A stretch of 64,000 nucleotides of DNA from an uncultured Clostridium sp. (GTDB lineage Bacteria; Bacillota; Clostridia; TANB77; CAG-508), in contig CAMUDX010000003.1 in assembly GCA_947087745.1 (NCBI GenBank), forward strand, positions 1,412-65,411. The letters are read 5' to 3'. Below are positions 18,492-28,027 of the stretch, in pieces. The notes beneath the pieces were generated by a model. That model was not told the origin of the DNA, searched no databases, and worked only from the letters and a program-made list of their open reading frames with translations. Both the position numbers and the translations under genes were made by a program. Position 1 is the first letter of the stretch, and every line of letters starts with the position of its first letter.

Positions 18492-19568
18492 TTATTTTAA
18501 ATACTGATCTAAAGGTTTTATTTTAAACTCTAAATCTCCCATTTTTTCAGTAGTTACATACCCTGGTTTTGCATTAATTACATCTGGAATTCTATTTACA
18601 ACAGTTGCACAAGTAAGTTCTACTGTTGCTGGTTTTTCAACTGTTATAGTTGTTGTTGGCTCACCTTCTACTGTCCAAATATTTTTATCAAATTCATCTG
18701 GTGCATATACTTTTCCTATACATTCTGATTCTATAGTAATTCCCTCTTTTGTTTCAGTTGTAACAACTGCACTCATTCCTGTTGCATTTCCCGCCTTGAC
18801 TGTCATATTTAGTGTAGATGAATATATATCTTCTTTATATGTTTGTGGTATACATCTTTGTGTTTGACTTATCGGTGTTAATCCTAATTTAGAACATAAC
18901 CAACCATTTACATTCCACATATATGAAGGTAAATATTCTCCTCTTTCTATTATAGCTTGTCTTTCATCTGCTGAGATTCTATCTACTGATGCAATCTTTT
19001 CATCAAATTCTTGTAATGATAGCCCAGCTCCATGAGCTTCTGCTAAGGCTATTCCATATTCTTCTACATTATAGCTCGAGCTTCCCTTTATTTTAGTTAT
19101 TCTTTGTGTAGATCCTGCTAATGATGTAATTAATTGTCCCCAATATATATCTTGGTATCCTGTTCCTGTTATTGTGCAATTATTTTTCTTAGCTACTTCA
19201 TCAATTTTAGCAGTTAATTTTGGATTAGAATTTTGTGGATAAAATGCTTCTTCACATGTTGATATTGCATTTATTCCTAATTCTGCACATAGCATAAAGG
19301 GCTCTTCTACTTCTGCTATTAAGCTTCTTGTTGTTACTATACATACATCTGGTTTTACATCTTGTAACATCTCTCTTGCTTGTTTTGCATCTGTTATTAT
19401 AACTCCTAATTTATCTTTTCCTATTATTTCTCCTATATCTTTTCCTACAACTGATGGATTAATATCTATTGCTCCTACTATTTCTACTCCCTTTTCTAAC
19501 ATATATTGCATTGTATATATGCTCATTTTTCCTACGCCATATTGTACAGCTTTTATTTTTCGTTCCAT
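18492..19568 (-). CDS. NAD(P)-dependent amine dehydrogenase family protein (DapB-like; 2,4-diaminopentanoate dehydrogenase-like)
   Basis: N-terminal Rossmann segment KAVQYGVGKMS..VEIVGAIDI and a length of 358 aa. The substrate cannot be determined from sequence. Confidence 0.55.
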   Translation of the reverse strand: MERKIKAVQYGVGKMSIYTMQYMLEKGVEIVGAIDINPSVVGKDIGEIIGKDKLGVIITDAKQAREMLQDVKPDVCIVTTRSLIAEVEEPFMLCAELGINAISTCEEAFYPQNSNPKLTAKIDEVAKKNNCTITGTGYQDIYWGQLITSLAGSTQRITKIKGSSSYNVEEYGIALAEAHGAGLSLQEFDEKIASVDRISADERQAIIERGEYLPSYMWNVNGWLCSKLGLTPISQTQRCIPQTYKEDIYSSTLNMTVKAGNATGMSAVVTTETKEGITIESECIGKVYAPDEFDKNIWTVEGEPTTTITVEKPATVELTCATVVNRIPDVINAKPGYVTTEKMGDLEFKIKPLDQYLK

Positions 19569-19760
19569 AATTTTGAAACCTCCTTTGTTTTATATTTTGT
19601 ATATTTTCTGTTTTTATATACATTCTTTTTATATCATATATGCTCTTTTTTTAGTAGGTTTTTAGCTATTTTTTAATTCTATTTTTGCATAAATTCATTT
19701 TTATATGTATATAATATTATAAATATATTAAGTTTTAAATATAGTATGGGAGGACATGTT

Positions 19761-19943
19761 ATGGATTTAAATCGTATTCATTCAATTTTAAATAATAAAG
19801 AAAAAGTTGATGTTCTTTATGATGAACGACCTGTTTGGATTCAGGGTTTGAATAATAATGTTGCAAAGGTTGGTTTTATCGATACTTTTGAAGAAAAGGA
19901 TGTATATATTGAAGATTTATATGAGAGAAATTTATATAATTAA
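19761..19943 (+). CDS. sspH: small acid-soluble spore protein, H-type
   Basis: MDLNRIHSILNNKEKVDVLYDERPVWIQGLN.. matches the SspH family pattern. A GGGAGG RBS precedes this ATG. Confidence 0.65.
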   Translation: MDLNRIHSILNNKEKVDVLYDERPVWIQGLNNNVAKVGFIDTFEEKDVYIEDLYERNLYN

Positions 19944-19951
19944 ATTTTATA

Positions 19952-19994
19952 CTAATTTCCCAGTCAGCGGGAATTCCGCCAACTGGGAAATTAG
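19952..19994. repeat. GC-rich palindromic repeat copy B (imperfect)
   Basis: CTAATTTCCCAGTCAGCGGGAATTCCGCCAACTGGGAAATTAG lies between the convergent sspH and glyQS. Confidence 0.8.
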
Positions 19995-20015
19995 TAGTTT
20001 TCTAAAATATATTCT

Positions 20016-21398
20016 CTAAAATTCTATTTTTTCTTGTATCCATTTTGTTAATTCATCTATTTTTACTCTTACTTGTTCCATTGTATCTCTATCTCTTATT
20101 GTTACAGTATCATCTTCTAATGTATCAAAATCTATAGTTACACAATATGGTGTACCAATTTCATCTTCTCTTCTATATCTTTTTCCTATTGATCCTGCTT
20201 CATCATAATCACACATAAATTTCTTTGATAAAATGCTATATACTTCTTCTGCTTTTTCTGATAGCTTTTTTGATAATGGTAATATCGCAACTTTGTATGG
20301 TGCTAATGCTGGATGTAAATGTAAAACTGTTCTTATATCTCCTTCTGCAATTTCTTCTTCATCATAACTATTGCATAAAAATGCTAAAGTTACTCTATCT
20401 GCACCTAAAGAAGGCTCTATTACATATGGTACATATTTTTCTCCTGTCTCTTGGTCTAAATATGTTAAATCTTGTTTTGATACTTCTATATGTCTTCCTA
20501 AATCATAGTCTGTTCTGTCTGCTATTCCCCATAATTCTCCCCATCCAAATGGAAATGCAAATTCTATATCTGTTGTTGCTTTACTATAAAATACTAACTC
20601 TTCAGGTGAATGGTCTCTTAAACGAATATTTTCTTCTTTTATTCCTAAGTCTAATAAGAAGTTTTTGCAATAATCTTTCCAATATTTAAACCATTCTAAG
20701 TCTGTACCAGGCTTGCAGAAGAATTCTAATTCCATTTGTTCGAATTCTCTTGTTCTAAATGTGAAGTTCCCTGGTGTTATTTCATTTCTAAAGGCTTTTC
20801 CTATTTGACCTATTCCCATTGGTAATTTTCTTCTTGTTGTTCTTAATACATTTTTAAAGTTTACAAATATTCCTTGTGCTGTTTCTGGTCGTAAAAATAT
20901 TTCTGCTTTTGCATCTTCTGTTACTCCTTGAAATGTCTTGAACATTAAATTGAATTTTCTGATAGCTGTAAAATTGTGTGCTCCACATTCTGGACAATTG
21001 ATTTTATTTTCATCCATGTATTTTATCATCTTCTCATCTGGCCAACCATCTACTATTTCTTCACAGTTATGCTCATGCATCCATTCTTCTATTAATTTAT
21101 CTGCTCTGTGTCTTGTTTTGCATTCTTTGCAATCTATTAATGGGTCTGAAAATCCTCCTACATGCCCTGATGCTACCCATGTTTGTGGATTCATTAATAT
21201 TGCACAGTCTAATCCTACATTGTATTTATTTTCTTGTATGAACTTTTTTATCCATAATTTCTTTACATTGTTTTTTAGTTCTACTCCTAATGGTCCATAA
21301 TCCCATGTGTTTGCTAATCCTCCATATATTTCTGAGCCTGGATATACATAGCCTCTAGCTTTGCATAAGTTTATTAAAGTTTCCATTGATTTTAACAT
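20016..21398 (-). CDS. glyQS: glycine--tRNA ligase (single-chain alpha2 type)
   Basis: 460-aa class II synthetase with N-terminus [38 protein letters not shown]. Confidence 0.95.
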   Translation of the reverse strand: MLKSMETLINLCKARGYVYPGSEIYGGLANTWDYGPLGVELKNNVKKLWIKKFIQENKYNVGLDCAILMNPQTWVASGHVGGFSDPLIDCKECKTRHRADKLIEEWMHEHNCEEIVDGWPDEKMIKYMDENKINCPECGAHNFTAIRKFNLMFKTFQGVTEDAKAEIFLRPETAQGIFVNFKNVLRTTRRKLPMGIGQIGKAFRNEITPGNFTFRTREFEQMELEFFCKPGTDLEWFKYWKDYCKNFLLDLGIKEENIRLRDHSPEELVFYSKATTDIEFAFPFGWGELWGIADRTDYDLGRHIEVSKQDLTYLDQETGEKYVPYVIEPSLGADRVTLAFLCNSYDEEEIAEGDIRTVLHLHPALAPYKVAILPLSKKLSEKAEEVYSILSKKFMCDYDEAGSIGKRYRREDEIGTPYCVTIDFDTLEDDTVTIRDRDTMEQVRVKIDELTKWIQEKIEF

Positions 21399-21502
21399 CT
21401 TTTTTCCTACCTTCTTATTTTATTTTGCTTATTATATTCTCTTTTGTCTTTCTTGTCAATGGTATATACTATTGTAAGAATATAAAAAATTTTTTAAATC
21501 TA

Positions 21503-21531
21503 TTGTCAAATTTTTATTTATGTGCTAATAT
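21503..21531 (+). promoter_or_regulatory. sigmaA-type promoter for tRNA-Trp
   Basis: TTGTCA-17 nt-TAATAT, about 18 nt upstream of the tRNA 5' end. Confidence 0.45.
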
Positions 21532-21548
21532 AATATAGTAATTCATTT

Positions 21549-21623
21549 AGGGGTATAGTGTTAATGGTAGCACATCGGTCTCCAAAACCGCCTGTGAGGG
21601 TTCGAGTCCTTCTACCCCTGCCA
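21549..21623 (+). tRNA. tRNA-Trp (anticodon CCA), CCA encoded
   Basis: AGGGGTATAG..TCGGTCTCCAAAACCG..GGTTCGAGTCCTTCTACCCCTGCCA gives a cloverleaf with a CTCCAAA anticodon loop. Confidence 0.9.
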
Positions 21624-21740
21624 ATTTTTATTAGAGGTACATTAAAAACCTCTTTTTTTATTTGTGTTTATACAGCAAAAAGACATATCCTCAGAGTATG
21701 CACCCTATAGATATGCCTTCCCACACACAACGATTCAGTT

Positions 21741-22196
21741 TTAGTTTTCAGAGTCTTGCCTCTGCTTTTCCCACATCTTACGCATATACTCAGCTTGCCT
21801 CTTATCGCGTATTGGTTTTCCGAAATGGTCAGCAACTTCACATATTCCCCAATAGTAAAGTATTCGTATAAGAAAAGCAGGAGACCATATAATGCTAATA
21901 ATGAAACTGTGTATAAATTCATTAACTGATGCCATAATTAGGGTAATACCCAATAGTATACCAAGAGTAATAAGTGCGGTCAACACCATATGTCTCCGAG
22001 TGCACACGAAGAAGTATAAAAGGTAAAAACCTCCTATAAGCAAACTCATGAGTAGTACTAATTTCCAGCCCAGTTGCTCACTTTCCCAATACCTCCCCAT
22101 TACAGTTTGCAGTATAGCATAACTCAGCACTACTGCGACAAAAGTGATTGCGATTTTTGCTAAAAGAGTTCCTTTCGTTACTGTTTTCGTTGTCAT
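21741..22196 (-). CDS. hypothetical 4-TM membrane protein on a G+C-richer islet
   Basis: 151-aa ORF. Its composition is visibly different from the flanks, and it lies immediately downstream of the tRNA-Trp 3' end. Confidence 0.55.
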   Translation of the reverse strand: MTTKTVTKGTLLAKIAITFVAVVLSYAILQTVMGRYWESEQLGWKLVLLMSLLIGGFYLLYFFVCTRRHMVLTALITLGILLGITLIMASVNEFIHSFIISIIWSPAFLIRILYYWGICEVADHFGKPIRDKRQAEYMRKMWEKQRQDSEN

Positions 22197-22321
22197 TGTG
22201 TTTACCTCCTTGCCTTATAAGGCGTTGAATATTGGCTCATGCCATGTGTATGATACTTTTTAAGTATACCGTATTTTACATAAAAAGTCAATTTTTAAAA
22301 ATCTCTTCATTCCTATATTAA

Positions 22322-22540
22322 TTACTTAAAACTAAAAAACAATTCTTCAAATTCCTCCAACTCCAATCCAAATACCTCTTTCATTTTTATAATTTCAGTA
22401 ACATAAAATTTGCCCTCCCCTTGCAATTTATTTTTTAGAGTTTTAGGTGTAATGTTCAGTATACTTGCCAATTTTTCTAGCGATATATCATTTTTCTGCA
22501 TATATTTACTTATTTTTATACCAATTAATTTATTATCCAT
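22322..22540 (-). CDS. XRE-family helix-turn-helix transcriptional regulator
   Basis: 72 aa with the HTH segment ISLEKLASILNITPKTLKNKLQG. Confidence 0.75.
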   Translation of the reverse strand: MDNKLIGIKISKYMQKNDISLEKLASILNITPKTLKNKLQGEGKFYVTEIIKMKEVFGLELEEFEELFFSFK

Positions 22541-22796
22541 ATTCCTAGTAGATGTTAGTTTTCAAAGCTAACATCTTATCCTTTCTTTTATTTTGTAAGC
22601 TTTGAAACTTACATAAAACTTCGTTTCTTTTATAGAAACATTTTATACTTTTCTACTATTTTTGTCAATATATTGGATATTTTGTAATAGCATATGTTAT
22701 ATTACCCTTTTACTTACTAATATCCATTATTTAGTGGTTTACAAACTTTTTCATTAATGTTATAATTTTATTAGTTTAATTTTAGGAGGGATTATT

Positions 22797-23033
22797 TTGA
22801 ATCATTCATTTCCTCAGAGGTTTTCGCAACTTTTGAAAGATTCTAATATGACTTATGATGAAGTTGCTAGTGCCCTAAATCTGAAGTCTAAAGGTACAAT
22901 TTCAAAATACGCAAATGGTAAAAATAAAAAAGTTGATTTGGCAACAGTTATAAAAATTTCAGAATTATTTAATGTATCTCCTGTATGGCTTATAGGCTTA
23001 ACTGATAATATGCACTATAAAATAAAAAAGTAA
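22797..23033 (+). CDS. XRE-family helix-turn-helix transcriptional regulator
   Basis: 78 aa with MTYDEVASALNLKSKGTISKYANGK and the typical C-terminal VSPVWLIGLTD. Confidence 0.75.
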   Translation: MNHSFPQRFSQLLKDSNMTYDEVASALNLKSKGTISKYANGKNKKVDLATVIKISELFNVSPVWLIGLTDNMHYKIKK

Positions 23034-23210
23034 TTTATCTTTTGATTATTTTATCAAATACTTAAACTACTTTTTTATTTTTTCCATTAAATGTAATATT
23101 TTTGTATTTTCTAACAAAATATATTATAAAATTTATATTTACCTCTTGTATTTTAATATCTTTTGTAGTAATATATAATCTCAAAAAAATTATATCAAGA
23201 GGTAATTAAA

Positions 23211-23777
23211 ATCAAAAAAATAATTTTATCAATAATAATTTTTACAATATTAATATGTATCTTTTTTATTCCCACAATAAATCAAGGAAATTACAACAAA
23301 AATCCAGAAATAAATATAGATATTAATTGTGGAGAATTCCAATGGCCTATTCCTGGCTATACTAGAATAAGTTCATACTTTGGAAAAAGAACTGCCCCTA
23401 CAACAGGTGCAGCTATTAATCATACTGGAATTGATATTCCTGCACCAGAAGGCACTAAACTAATTGCAATTTGTGATGGAGAAATTACTTTTACTGGATT
23501 TCTTGGTGGTGATGGATATACAATAACACTTTCGGTAGATGATACTAAATTCACATATTGCCATGTTTCCCCTACCTATATAGTTAATGAAGGTGATGAA
23601 GTATCTCAAGGTGAAGTTATTGGATATGTTGGTCCAAAATATGTATATGGTGTTAAAGGCAATCAATACTCAGATGAAAATGGTAAACCCACAAATGGAG
23701 CAACTACTGGATGTCATTTGCACTTTGGTGTACGTATAAACGAAAAATATGTAAATCCTATAGACTACTTTAAATAA
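23211..23777 (+). CDS. M23 family metallopeptidase with signal anchor; no canonical start codon
   Basis: The frame is open from 23172 and encodes IKKIILSIIIFTILICIFF..WPIPGYTRISSYFGKRTAPTTGAAINHTGIDIPAPEGTKLIAICDGEI..GCHLHFGVRINEKYVNPIDYFK, with the HxxxD and HLH M23 motifs. It is absent from the ORF track because it has no ATG, GTG or TTG. An AAGAGG RBS lies 8 nt before ATC at 23211. Confidence 0.65.
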   Translation: MKKIILSIIIFTILICIFFIPTINQGNYNKNPEINIDINCGEFQWPIPGYTRISSYFGKRTAPTTGAAINHTGIDIPAPEGTKLIAICDGEITFTGFLGGDGYTITLSVDDTKFTYCHVSPTYIVNEGDEVSQGEVIGYVGPKYVYGVKGNQYSDENGKPTNGATTGCHLHFGVRINEKYVNPIDYFK

Positions 23778-23859
23778 ACTATATTTTTTAATTCTATTCC
23801 ATTTTTTCCATTTGCATGTTATAATCATAATCAATATTAAACGAAAGGAAATGAAACAC

Positions 23860-24312
23860 ATGACTACAAAGCTAATAGCCAAAAACCCAACTGCATACCA
23901 CAATTATGAAATAAAAGACACAATCGAAGCAGGAATTGTACTTTCAGGAACTGAAATTAAGTCAATCAGAAATGGAAAAGTAAATATAAAAGACTCATAT
24001 GCCACAATAAAAGATGGCGAATGTTACATTTACAGTATGCATATAAGTCCATATGAGCATGGAAATATATTTAACAAAGACCCTTTAAGAGATAGAAAAC
24101 TATTGCTTTCAAAAAGAGAGATATTTAAATTATTTGGTATGATTAAACAACAAGGATACAGCCTAATACCAATAAGTATTTATTTTAAAGGTAGCTTTGT
24201 AAAAATTCAATTAGGCATTGGTATTGGTAAAAAACTATATGACAAACGCCAAGATATTGCCAAAAAAGATGCTGAAATGAAAATTAGACGAGCAATGAGA
24301 GAAAAAGAATAA
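23860..24312 (+). CDS. smpB: SsrA-binding protein SmpB
   Basis: MTTKLIAKNPTAYHNYEIKDTIEAGIVLSGTEIKSIR.. is the canonical SmpB N-terminus. An AAAGGAA RBS favours the ATG at 23860. Confidence 0.9.
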   Translation: MTTKLIAKNPTAYHNYEIKDTIEAGIVLSGTEIKSIRNGKVNIKDSYATIKDGECYIYSMHISPYEHGNIFNKDPLRDRKLLLSKREIFKLFGMIKQQGYSLIPISIYFKGSFVKIQLGIGIGKKLYDKRQDIAKKDAEMKIRRAMREKE

Positions 24313-24356
24313 CATATTTATAAGACATTCCAATATAATTTATAGAGGAATGTCTT

Positions 24357-25685
24357 ATGAGAATGAAAAAAGTTAAAATTTTTGTATTAAATACTCTTGT
24401 TTTACTATCTAGTTCCATTATTTTACAAATAATAGGAATGTCTTTTAATGTTTATATATCTAATAAAGTAGGTTCAGAAGCTGTTGGAGTATTTGCCCTT
24501 GTTTCATCAGTATACTTATTTGGAATCACCCTTGCAACTTCAGGAATAAATATCGCAACTACTAGGGTTATTTCTGAAGAACTTGCTTATGACAACTACA
24601 ATGGTATAAGAATTCTAGCTAGAAAATGTATAATTATAAGCCTTATTACTGGTATAATCGCAAGTACCATTTTTTTCATTTTTTCTGATTTCATAGTTCA
24701 CTCTTGCTTACATAATAGAGTTAGCCATAATGTTATTTATACCCTATGTATTGCTCTTCCATTTATTTCTATGTCATCTGCTATAAATGGATATTTTACT
24801 GCTGTACGTAGAGTTTATAAAAATGCATTTGCTAAGTTCTTTGAAGAGTTTGTAAAAATAATAGCAACTGCATATATTGTAAATCTATTTCTTCCTGCTG
24901 GATTAGAATATATATGCTTTTCTTTAATTTTAGGAGATGTTATTTCTGAAGTTCTTTCTTTTATATATCTATATCTTTTATATATAAGAGATAAAAACAA
25001 ATACTTAAAAAGATGTTTTTCTAAAGATAGTCTTACATATACAAAAAGAATCTTACATATATCACTTCCTATCGCCTTTACTTCATATATTCGTTCAGGT
25101 CTAGCTACCTTCAAGCAACTGCTTATACCATCAAGTCTAGAAAAAAGTGGTATTGGTTGTTCTTTAGCTTTGTCTAATTATGGTGTTGTTAGTGGTATGG
25201 CTATGCCAGTTATTATGTTTCCAAGTGTTTTTATAAATAGCTTTGCAGGTTTATTAGTTCCAGAATTTTCAAGATACTATGTAAAAAAGGATTATGCTCG
25301 TATAAAAAAAATGACATATTTCATACTTTCCATAACTATCTTGTTTTCGCTATTTGTTAATCTTTTATTATTTGCATTTGCAAATAAAATATCTATAACA
25401 CTATATAATAATTCAGATATTGGATATTATATAAAAATATTATCTTTTCTTGTTGTATTTATTTATTCTGATTTAGTTATCGACAGTATTTTAAAAGGAA
25501 TTGATGCTCAAGTTAGTGTTGTTTTTATAAATATAGCTGATTGTTTAATTACTATTAGCTTTATATATTTTTGTGTTCCTCATTTAGGTTTTATAGGTTA
25601 TTTAATTTCTATATTTATTAGTGAAATTTTTAATATTATTCTAAGTGGTGGAAAATTGTTATTGTTATTAAAAAATTTTAAATAG
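24357..25685 (+). CDS. MOP-superfamily flippase (SpoVB/polysaccharide biosynthesis protein-like)
   Basis: 442 aa with about 12-14 TM segments and a SpoVB/MurJ-like N-terminal region. Confidence 0.65.
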   Translation: MRMKKVKIFVLNTLVLLSSSIILQIIGMSFNVYISNKVGSEAVGVFALVSSVYLFGITLATSGINIATTRVISEELAYDNYNGIRILARKCIIISLITGIIASTIFFIFSDFIVHSCLHNRVSHNVIYTLCIALPFISMSSAINGYFTAVRRVYKNAFAKFFEEFVKIIATAYIVNLFLPAGLEYICFSLILGDVISEVLSFIYLYLLYIRDKNKYLKRCFSKDSLTYTKRILHISLPIAFTSYIRSGLATFKQLLIPSSLEKSGIGCSLALSNYGVVSGMAMPVIMFPSVFINSFAGLLVPEFSRYYVKKDYARIKKMTYFILSITILFSLFVNLLLFAFANKISITLYNNSDIGYYIKILSFLVVFIYSDLVIDSILKGIDAQVSVVFINIADCLITISFIYFCVPHLGFIGYLISIFISEIFNIILSGGKLLLLLKNFK

Positions 25686-25763
25686 TTTTTATATATAAAA
25701 AAAACATCTAAATATATGATTTTTAATGATTTCTAATAAATTTTATACTGCTCAGTATATTTA

Positions 25764-25792
25764 TTGACATTTAATATAAATAATTATATACT
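25764..25792 (+). promoter_or_regulatory. sigmaA-type promoter of the oxidoreductase operon
   Basis: TTGACA-17 nt-TATACT. Confidence 0.5.
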
Positions 25793-25894
25793 TGAGCTAG
25801 AAAAAATGAGACAAACTTGTAGTAAACAAGCTATTGTCTTATTATATAAAAAGGCTTTAGTTGTAAATTATAAACTTTTGCCTTACAGAAAGGA

Positions 25895-26488
25895 ATGATG
25901 TCAATTATGAAAAATTTAATTGAAATTAGATGGCATGGTAGAGGTGGTCAAGGAGCAAAAACAGCATCACTTTTATTAGCAGATGCTGCATTTAATACTG
26001 GCAAATACATTCAAGGTTTTCCTGAATATGGACCAGAAAGAATGGGTGCTCCAATTACTGCATATAACCGTATAAGTGATGAGCCAATCACTATTCACAG
26101 TAATATCTATGAGCCTGACTATGTTGTTGTAGTTGATGATACTTTACTAGAATGTGTAGATGTAACAGCTGGACTAAAAAAAGATGGCGCAATTATTATT
26201 AATACTACAAAAAAATATGATGATTTCAAAGATAATTTAAAAGGATATGAAGGTAATGTTTATTGCATAGATGCAAGAAAAGTATCTATAGAAGCTTTAG
26301 GCAAATACTTCCCTAATACACCAATGCTAGCTACAATAGTAAAAGTTACAGGAATTATGTCTGATGAAGATTTTCTAAATGATATGAAAGGCTCTTTTAA
26401 ACATAAATTTGCTAAAAAGCCAGAAGTTATTGAAGGAAATATGAAAGCTTTAGAATTAGCTTTAAAAGAAATACAAAAAGTAAAATAG
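25895..26488 (+). CDS. 2-oxoacid:ferredoxin oxidoreductase, gamma subunit
   Basis: IRWHGRGGQGAKTASLLLA motif. The start may be the ATG at 25907. Confidence 0.85.
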   Translation: MMSIMKNLIEIRWHGRGGQGAKTASLLLADAAFNTGKYIQGFPEYGPERMGAPITAYNRISDEPITIHSNIYEPDYVVVVDDTLLECVDVTAGLKKDGAIIINTTKKYDDFKDNLKGYEGNVYCIDARKVSIEALGKYFPNTPMLATIVKVTGIMSDEDFLNDMKGSFKHKFAKKPEVIEGNMKALELALKEIQKVK

Positions 26489-26528
26489 TTATATAAAATA
26501 TTTATGAATTTAGAAAGGAGAATTTAAA

Positions 26529-26834
26529 ATGTCTGAAATAAATGTAAATACCCCTATGGATAAATTAACAATTGGCGGTAACATATATGAAGCTGGAAAT
26601 GCAAAAAATTTCAAGACTGGAGATTGGAGGAGTGTAAAACCTATATATCTAGAAGAAAAATGTAAACAATGTGGACTATGCTTCCCTGTTTGTCCAGAAA
26701 ATGCTATTCCAGTATGTAAAGATACTCTAAAGAGAACTGACTATGATTATGATTATTGTAAAGGATGTGGTGTATGTGCAGTTGTATGCCCATTTAAAGC
26801 AATTGAAATGAAGGAAGAAGGTGCCTATGAATAA
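26529..26834 (+). CDS. 2-oxoacid:ferredoxin oxidoreductase, delta (2x[4Fe-4S]) subunit
   Basis: CKQCGLCFPVCP and CKGCGVCAVVCP cluster motifs. Confidence 0.85.
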   Translation: MSEINVNTPMDKLTIGGNIYEAGNAKNFKTGDWRSVKPIYLEEKCKQCGLCFPVCPENAIPVCKDTLKRTDYDYDYCKGCGVCAVVCPFKAIEMKEEGAYE

Positions 26835-28027
26835 TGAGTATAAGAGAAAGATTAAGTGGTAATGAAGCTGTTGCAACAGCTATGAAACAAATAAACCCAG
26901 ATGTAGTTGCTGCCTTCCCTATAACACCATCAACAGAAATTCCTCAATATTTTTCTACATTTGTAGCAAATGGCTCTGTTGATACAGAATTTGTACCAGT
27001 TGAAAGTGAACATAGTGCTATGAGTGCATGTATAGGTGCTCAAGCAGCAGGTGCTAGAGCTATGACTGCAACATCTGCAAATGGTTTATCTTTAATGTGG
27101 GAAATGATTTATATAGCATCAAGTTTACGTTTACCTATTGTTTTATCATTGGTAAATCGTGCTGTATCTGGACCTTTAAATATACACAATGACCATTCAG
27201 ATGCAATGGGTGTTCGTGATAGTGGATGGATTATGTTATTTTCTGAAAATAACCAAGAAGCATATGATAATACACTTATGGCTCATAGAATTGCAGAGCA
27301 TAAAGATGTATTATTACCTTTAATGGTATGTCAAGATGGATTTATAACTTCACATTCAATTGAAAATATAGAACTTGAAGATGATGAATTTGTTAAAAAT
27401 TTTGTTGGAACATACAAACCTGAGCATTATCTTCTAAATGATAAAGAGCCTATTGCTGTTGGACCTTTAGATTTACAAGCATATTTATTTGAACATAAAG
27501 CTCAACAAGCACAAGCTATGAAAAATGCTAAAAATGTTATATTAGAAGTTTCTAAAGAATTTGAAAAATTAACTGGAAGAAAATATGGGCTTTTTGAGGA
27601 ATATAAATTAGATGACGCAGAAATAGCCATTGTTTGCATGAACTCTACTGCTGGAACAACTAAATTTGTAGTAGATAATTTAAGAGCAAATGGAATTAAA
27701 GCAGGTTTATTAAAAGTTAGAGTATTTAGACCTTTCCCTAGTGAAGAAATTGCCAAAGCTTTATCTCATCTAAAAGCAATTGCTGTTTTAGATAAAGCAG
27801 ATTCTTTAAATGCTATTGGTGGTGCATTATTTAGTGATATTACATCTTCAATGTATACAGCTGGAATAAATGTTCCTACTGTAAACTATGTTTATGGTAT
27901 TGGTGGTCGTGATACTACAAGTAAGCAACTTGAATCAGTTTTTTCTGATTTATCTGAAATTGTAAAAACTGGTAAAATAGATAATCCTTATAGATATTTA
28001 GGTTTAAAGAAAGGAGATGATAAATAA
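26834..28027 (+). CDS. 2-oxoacid:ferredoxin oxidoreductase, alpha subunit
   Basis: 397 aa with LSGNEAVA..AFPITPSTEI..ESEHSAMSAC, typical of POR/VOR alpha subunits. Confidence 0.9.
   Translation: MSIRERLSGNEAVATAMKQINPDVVAAFPITPSTEIPQYFSTFVANGSVDTEFVPVESEHSAMSACIGAQAAGARAMTATSANGLSLMWEMIYIASSLRLPIVLSLVNRAVSGPLNIHNDHSDAMGVRDSGWIMLFSENNQEAYDNTLMAHRIAEHKDVLLPLMVCQDGFITSHSIENIELEDDEFVKNFVGTYKPEHYLLNDKEPIAVGPLDLQAYLFEHKAQQAQAMKNAKNVILEVSKEFEKLTGRKYGLFEEYKLDDAEIAIVCMNSTAGTTKFVVDNLRANGIKAGLLKVRVFRPFPSEEIAKALSHLKAIAVLDKADSLNAIGGALFSDITSSMYTAGINVPTVNYVYGIGGRDTTSKQLESVFSDLSEIVKTGKIDNPYRYLGLKKGDDK

Noticed and set aside
21668-21922. 84-aa minus-strand ORF overlapping the 3' part of 21741-22196.
   Set aside because: It is in an alternative frame of the longer, TM-rich ORF. 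The longer ORF is the more plausible gene.
24313-24356. tmRNA (ssrA) expected next to smpB.
   Set aside because: Only 44 nt separate smpB from the next gene, and no tRNA-like acceptor or T-arm sequence is present nearby.
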